From NCBI GenBank assembly GCA_964014485.1, contig CAXHAT010000220.1, positions 1-11,771 on the forward strand: a stretch of DNA of 11,771 bases. Direction: 5' to 3'. Positions 7,365 through 11,771 of the stretch are shown one piece after another. Numbering within the stretch: the stretch's first letter is position 1; every line of letters starts with the position of its first letter. The notes under the pieces were generated by a model that did not search any database, was not told where the DNA came from, and saw nothing but the letters and a program-made list of their open reading frames with translations. Position numbers and translations under genes: made by a program. The DNA is from an uncultured Deferribacteres bacterium. Its GTDB lineage: Bacteria; Zhuqueibacterota; Zhuqueibacteria; Zhuqueibacterales; Geothermadaptataceae.

Positions 7365-8215
7365 TGAAGAGACGAATTAAGAACATTGGCGCATCCGTTC
7401 GACGCCGTTTGCTGGAGAAAGCGAAAAAACAGGGCGTCGACTTTAATCGTTTACTTCTGTTGTATGTCCAGGAACGATTTCTCTATCGACTCACGCACTC
7501 TCAGTACAGAAACGCCTTTGTCTTGAAGGGCGGCGCTCTTTTCTATGCCGCGCATCATTTGCAGGCGAGACCCACCAGAGACCTGGACTTTCTCGCCGGA
7601 AAAATCCCCAGCCAGCCGGAAGCCTTTGGAAAAGTGCTCCGGGACGTTGTCGCAGTTGAAGTCGCGGATGGGGTTGTTTTCGATGCGGATTCGATCTCGT
7701 GTCAAGCGATCACGGAAGGCGCAATGTATGAAGGCGTACGCGCGAAAGTAACGGCGCATCTCGAAGCCGCGCGGCAAACGCTCCAAATAGACGCAGGCTT
7801 TGGCGACGTCGTAACGCCGAAGCCAGTGCATTTTGAATTCCCGTCTCTTCTTGACGACAAGGACTTTGCGATACAAGCATATTCGTGGGAATCAGTAATC
7901 GCGGAGAAGTTTGAAGCGATTGTCAAACTGGGGGATGTGAACAGCCGCATGAAGGATTTTTATGATATTTGGTTCCTGCTCGCCAATCATGAATTCGAAC
8001 AGGAAATACTAAATGAGGCCATTACTGCGACTTTCAAGCATCGCAAAACGAATTTGGGTGATGCGTGGTACATTTTCAAAGCATCGTTCTACAATGATCC
8101 GGATAAAGAAAAAATGTGGGCGGCGTTTTTTCGAAAAAACGGTATGATCAAGACGAGATCATTCTCGGAAATCGTGCTCGAAATCATGAGCCGTTTGAAA
8201 GCGCTTAAGGGATAG
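7364..8215 (+). CDS. abiEii: AbiEii-family nucleotidyltransferase toxin
   Basis: Motifs ERFLYRL, FVLKGG, RPTRDLD, IDAGFGD, IAEKF, NSRMKDFYD. Confidence 0.93.
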   Translation: MKRRIKNIGASVRRRLLEKAKKQGVDFNRLLLLYVQERFLYRLTHSQYRNAFVLKGGALFYAAHHLQARPTRDLDFLAGKIPSQPEAFGKVLRDVVAVEVADGVVFDADSISCQAITEGAMYEGVRAKVTAHLEAARQTLQIDAGFGDVVTPKPVHFEFPSLLDDKDFAIQAYSWESVIAEKFEAIVKLGDVNSRMKDFYDIWFLLANHEFEQEILNEAITATFKHRKTNLGDAWYIFKASFYNDPDKEKMWAAFFRKNGMIKTRSFSEIVLEIMSRLKALKG

Positions 8216-8452
8216 ACCGACCACTCCCGCAGCTTGAGCCGTTCGTCCCAATGATCTTCCTCCCGCCAACTTCTAGTTTCTTCTTCTCGACGATTCGCCA
8301 CGTGCAATTCCCAGCATTACATGGTCTCGCCATAAGCCCCAAAATATTCGGTTTAGCCAGATCAAAGATGAATCTTCGGTCAGCTGCATTCCCATTAGCC
8401 AGTTCGCTTCCGTTTATGTCGTTTGTTCTTGAGATTACACGCAACCGCTTAC
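8211..8452 (-). mobile_element. Possible IS66 left end with degraded tnpA start
   Basis: Minus strand starts GTAAGCGGTTGCGTG at 8452. A GTG at 8301 reads MANRREEETRSWREEDHWDERLKLR and then, after a frameshift, SGRSI, which resembles the W-x7/8-SGLS opening of IS66 TnpA. The match is weak. Confidence 0.35.
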
Positions 8453-8742
8453 AAAATCCAACCGAGATAAAAACCTGCTGAAAAAGTCGCCGGATGAAAA
8501 ATTCTTGAGCGCGGCGGAAATCAGGCGTTTCAGACGATAGATTTTTCTATTGGAAAACCAAAGATTGAGAAAGCTCGTAAAAAATCAGTGGACTCATTGC
8601 TCCCCTTTGTATTTCATATTTACCATGATGGGGCTGCTCTCTTCCTGACTCTGAGCTGACAAGACCGCCTGAAGGCCTTTCTTGATAAGTCCCGTATATT
8701 TCCGATGTGTACAGAGAACTTTCCCAAAAGCGAGACCATGTT

Positions 8743-10047
8743 ATGAAGCGCTTCATTACGAAGATTTTCGTCTTGACGTCAGTCGTGAGTTCCTTTGCTC
8801 AGACGCTGCGAATTTACCACATCGACGTCGATCAAGCGGACGCCACTCTATTCGTATCGCCAAGCGGACAAACGCTTTTGGTTGACAGCGGCCGAAACGG
8901 TCATGGAGACCGGATTCGCGCAGTGATGCAGGAAGCCGGCGTCGCTCAAATCGACCATTTTGTTGCAACGCATTATCATGAAGATCATTACGGCGGCGTC
9001 GACGATCTTCTTGACGTCCCGGCTGTCACGATTGTTAACGCCTATGATCGCGGGGATAAAGCCGCGATAGACTCGACCCGACTCAACTCAGACACGTACA
9101 GAGACTATGATGCGGCCGTGGGACATAGAGCGGAACAGCTGACGCGCGGAGAGATGATCCCGCTTGATCCGCTCATGCGAGTCACCTGCATCTCTTCCGG
9201 CGGGGTCGTCCTGTCTGAACAAGACCCGGTGCAGCACGGGGAAGATGAAAATGACATGAGCGTTTCACTGCTCATTCAGTTTGGCGACTTCCGTTACTTC
9301 ACTGGCGGCGATATAGAAACGGCGACCGAACAGAAAATCGCTGATCGCAATTTGGTGACGGATGTAGACGTTTACCAGGCAAATCATCACGGGGCGGACA
9401 ATGGCTCGTCTCTACCGTTTATAGAAGACATGCAGCCAAGAGTGATCGTTATTTCGAACGGGACAAATCGGAGATTTCGACATCCTCGCGAGACTGTATT
9501 GGCTCGCATGTCCGGTCTGAATTCAAATCCTGCCATATTTCAAACCAATAAGTACCTAAACGCTGCAAACGATAATGGCGGTAACGTCCCTGACCAATTT
9601 ATCGGCGATTTAGAATCTTCAGATGCAGACGGCACTATTCTTTTGACGGTGAATCAAACGACTCGCAGCTATACAGTCGCCTATCGGACGGAGTCGAGAA
9701 CGTTTGCTATTAAGAATCGCTCGTCAATCATTATTGAGAGCCTTTTGCCAGACCCTGTCGACGGATCAGATCGATTATTCGAAGAAGTGACGCTTAGAAA
9801 CAATGGCGCTGCAGTTATCGGGATGCAAGGATGGTTTTTGCAGGACGAAAGCGGCAGGGTCTGGATTTTGAACGAAATGGGAGCTATTGCTCCGGGAGAG
9901 TCGGCGACCATTCGGCGGAACGGCATGCCGATGAGCCTCAACAACCGAGGCGACGTCATACGTTTGATCGGCGCGGACGCCAGGGAAATGGACTCTTTTC
10001 AGTACAACTCGTCTCAACCAGGCGTCAGGATTCAAACAGGGCATTGA
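8743..10047 (+). CDS. Secreted ComEC/Rec2-like metallo-beta-lactamase-fold hydrolase with C-terminal lamin-tail domain
   Basis: ATG at 8743 gives a signal peptide (MKRFITKIFVLTSVVSSFA-QTL). Motifs IDVDQADA, LVDSG, THYHEDHYGG (HxHxDH), ENDMS, FTGGD, NHHG, RHP. Tail IIESLLPDP...EEVTLRN...GWFLQD...LNNRGDVIRL is lamin-tail-like. No Competence membrane domain. Confidence 0.88.
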   Translation: MKRFITKIFVLTSVVSSFAQTLRIYHIDVDQADATLFVSPSGQTLLVDSGRNGHGDRIRAVMQEAGVAQIDHFVATHYHEDHYGGVDDLLDVPAVTIVNAYDRGDKAAIDSTRLNSDTYRDYDAAVGHRAEQLTRGEMIPLDPLMRVTCISSGGVVLSEQDPVQHGEDENDMSVSLLIQFGDFRYFTGGDIETATEQKIADRNLVTDVDVYQANHHGADNGSSLPFIEDMQPRVIVISNGTNRRFRHPRETVLARMSGLNSNPAIFQTNKYLNAANDNGGNVPDQFIGDLESSDADGTILLTVNQTTRSYTVAYRTESRTFAIKNRSSIIIESLLPDPVDGSDRLFEEVTLRNNGAAVIGMQGWFLQDESGRVWILNEMGAIAPGESATIRRNGMPMSLNNRGDVIRLIGADAREMDSFQYNSSQPGVRIQTGH

Positions 10048-10207
10048 TTTTTGCAGGTACATCCCCAATGAGAGCCGCCAATCTTGTTTTCGCAAACAGC
10101 CAATCTTGCTGAGCGGCGTTTTTATGACCAGCATCGAATAAAACAATGTCTAAAAATACCGAACCGCTTCTTTATTGGTGTCAGTTACGATTTAATTGAG
10201 AGTATAC

Positions 10208-10990
10208 ATGCGCAAATTCTTATTGCTTCTGATCAGCCTGGTTCTTTCAGCGTGCTCGGCAACATCTTCAAAAAATAACCGGAAGAGTCCCGAGCAGCTT
10301 ACAGTTCTTGCCTACAACATTCGGCATGGGGAAGGCATGGATAACAAGATTGATTTACAAAGGATTGCCGATGTGATTTCAAAGGTGAATCCTGACCTCG
10401 TTGCGCTGCAGGAGGTGGATAAATTCTGCAAGAGAAGCGGTCAGCGCGATCTTGCCCGGGAACTCGGCGAAATGTTGGGAATGCAGCATCGGTTTGGCAA
10501 GTTCATGGACTATCAGGGCGGAGAATACGGCATGGCCGTTCTCTCCAGGTTTCCAATCATCCATACGATTCGTCACGCCTTGCCCGACGGAGCGGAACCT
10601 CGTTGCGCCCTTGAAGTGCAAGTACAAGCGCCTGATCTGCCGTCGCCTTTATCCTTTATAAGCATTCATAACGATTGGACAAATGAAGACATTCGCGTAC
10701 GGCAAGTAGAAGCCCTTTTAAAGGCTTTGGAAAAACGTGACAACCCAATCATTATGGCGGGTGATTTCAATGGCGAGCGCTCGGATAAGTCCATGCAGAA
10801 GATCAAATATCAGGGCTGGAATATTTTGAATAAGAAGCAAAAGACTTTTCCAGCCGACAAACCCAGAGTCGAAATCGATTTTATCGTGTTAAAGAACTTC
10901 CCGGAATTTTTATTTGAGCAGCAAGTTGTCGATGAGCGAATCGCATCAGACCACAGACCTGTTCTCGCAGCAATAGCCGTTTCAAAATAG
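10208..10990 (+). CDS. Endonuclease/exonuclease/phosphatase (EEP) family lipoprotein
   Basis: ATG at 10208 gives MRKFLLLLISLVLSA-C (lipobox LSAC). Motifs YNIRHG, LQEVD, GDFN, IDFI, SDHRPV. Confidence 0.92.
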   Translation: MRKFLLLLISLVLSACSATSSKNNRKSPEQLTVLAYNIRHGEGMDNKIDLQRIADVISKVNPDLVALQEVDKFCKRSGQRDLARELGEMLGMQHRFGKFMDYQGGEYGMAVLSRFPIIHTIRHALPDGAEPRCALEVQVQAPDLPSPLSFISIHNDWTNEDIRVRQVEALLKALEKRDNPIIMAGDFNGERSDKSMQKIKYQGWNILNKKQKTFPADKPRVEIDFIVLKNFPEFLFEQQVVDERIASDHRPVLAAIAVSK

Positions 10991-11192
10991 GTCTAAAAAG
11001 ACATGACCATTAAGTCGAAAGAAACGGTCCGGCATTTTAGACATTGCTCTCAGTGACGATCGTTAGCTAGGGGAGTTTGTAAAAATCGCGGATTGCTTCC
11101 CCACACCTTCTTCTCCGTATGACGTCCGCTTCGTCATTCAGTCTCAGAGCCTCTATTTCAGAAAAAATCACGGTTCCGCAACAAGTTTTCGC

Positions 11193-11221
11193 TTGTCCTG
11201 TGAACGTGCGTACAGTATATT
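11193..11221 (+). promoter_or_regulatory. sigma70 promoter with a LexA-like box in the spacer
   Basis: TTGTCC (11193-11198), 17-bp spacer, TATATT (11216-11221). The spacer holds TGAAC-GTGC-GTACA (11201-11214), one base from GAAC-N4-GTTC. Confidence 0.6.
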
Positions 11222-11376
11222 GTCGCGCTTTTGCCCGAAACCATTCCCTTGCAACCGTGAACAGGACGTGAACGAGAAGCTTATGCGGAGACGAACGAGC
11301 ACAACTTTAGACCGGGGAAACGACGAAAACGCGCGCGCCAAATCTTCAAACGACTCGCACTGCAGCAGGAGAAAAG

Positions 11377-11634
11377 ATGACTTATCAGGACGTTAACGAA
11401 CCGGTCTCCGTCATCGCGCTTTATGAACGCGGCCGCATCGAACCGATTCGCATCAAATGGCGGGAACGCGTCTATCATATCGCCGAAACTCACCGCATCT
11501 GGACTGAACCTATCGGCGGCGTCAAGTATATGCATATTGCCGTGTCAGCCAAAGAATCCGGCGACGCCTTTGAGTTGGTGATCGATCCTTGCGACCTGTC
11601 CTGGCGCTTGGCTCGCGTCAGCCTGCCGGGATAG
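11377..11634 (+). CDS. Small DUF6504-like protein upstream of a Y-family polymerase-like gene
   Basis: RBS AGGAG at 11367-11371. Pattern P.RIKWRERVYHI....RIW...FELVID...WRLARV. Confidence 0.75.
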   Translation: MTYQDVNEPVSVIALYERGRIEPIRIKWRERVYHIAETHRIWTEPIGGVKYMHIAVSAKESGDAFELVIDPCDLSWRLARVSLPG

Positions 11635-11637
11635 AGT

Positions 11638-11771
11638 ATGGAACGTCAGATTGCTCATTTTCGCGTACGCGCTTTCCCGGTGCAAATGGAAGTGCTGCGC
11701 TGCCCGCGCCTAAAAACCCGCCCGGTGGCCATCGCTCCGGCTGTCGGCGAACGGGCGGTGGTGCAATCTAT
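11638..11771 (+). CDS. Y-family DNA polymerase-like protein (ImuB/DinB-like), 3'-truncated; absent from the ORF track
   Basis: MERQIAHFRVRAFPVQMEVLRCPRLKTRPVAIAPAVGERAVVQS aligns with the IMS domain start (R.I.HID.DAF..VE....P.L..KPVAV). Starts 3 bp after the previous stop. Confidence 0.8.
   Translation, partial: MERQIAHFRVRAFPVQMEVLRCPRLKTRPVAIAPAVGERAVVQS

Noticed and set aside
8707..8742. GTG start at 8707 for the MBL gene (and TTG start at 10196 for the EEP gene)
   Set aside because: The ATG codons at 8743 and 10208 give cleaner signal peptides.
689..10661. Short antisense and alternate-frame ORFs in the track (e.g. 689-1159, 2838-3254, 7451-7876, 9775-10146)
   Set aside because: They overlap well-supported genes and show no recognisable motifs, so they are treated as shadow ORFs.
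11067..11170. Possible IS end or MITE (CTAG followed by GGGAGTTTGTAAAAA)
   Set aside because: No convincing partner inverted repeat, target duplication or transposase remnant was found.

Overview
Bacterial DNA, plausibly from an FCB-related lineage such as KSB1/Calditrichota (inference from the FlgD-Ig-type C-terminal domains). Left part (1-6023): a three-gene surface-protein cluster with two paralogous Reg_prop beta-propeller/Ig-like/ZU5-like/FlgD-Ig proteins flanking a membrane-anchored Cys-rich protein. Centre (6169-8452): a mobile-element junction. It has a degenerate IS66-like right end with a TnpC C-terminal scrap, then the 3' half of an initiator tRNA-Met inside a two-armed attP-like architecture (17-bp direct repeats and inverted IHF-like sites on both sides), then an intact abiEi-abiEii type IV toxin-antitoxin operon with promoter and operator, then a possible IS66 left end. 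Right part: a secreted ComEC-like MBL-fold hydrolase with a lamin-tail domain, an EEP-family lipoprotein, and the start of a probable SOS mutagenesis operon (small DUF6504-like gene plus an ImuB/DinB-like gene cut by the window edge) with a LexA-like box in its promoter. No integrase is visible. All family assignments come from motif recognition by eye, not database searches.
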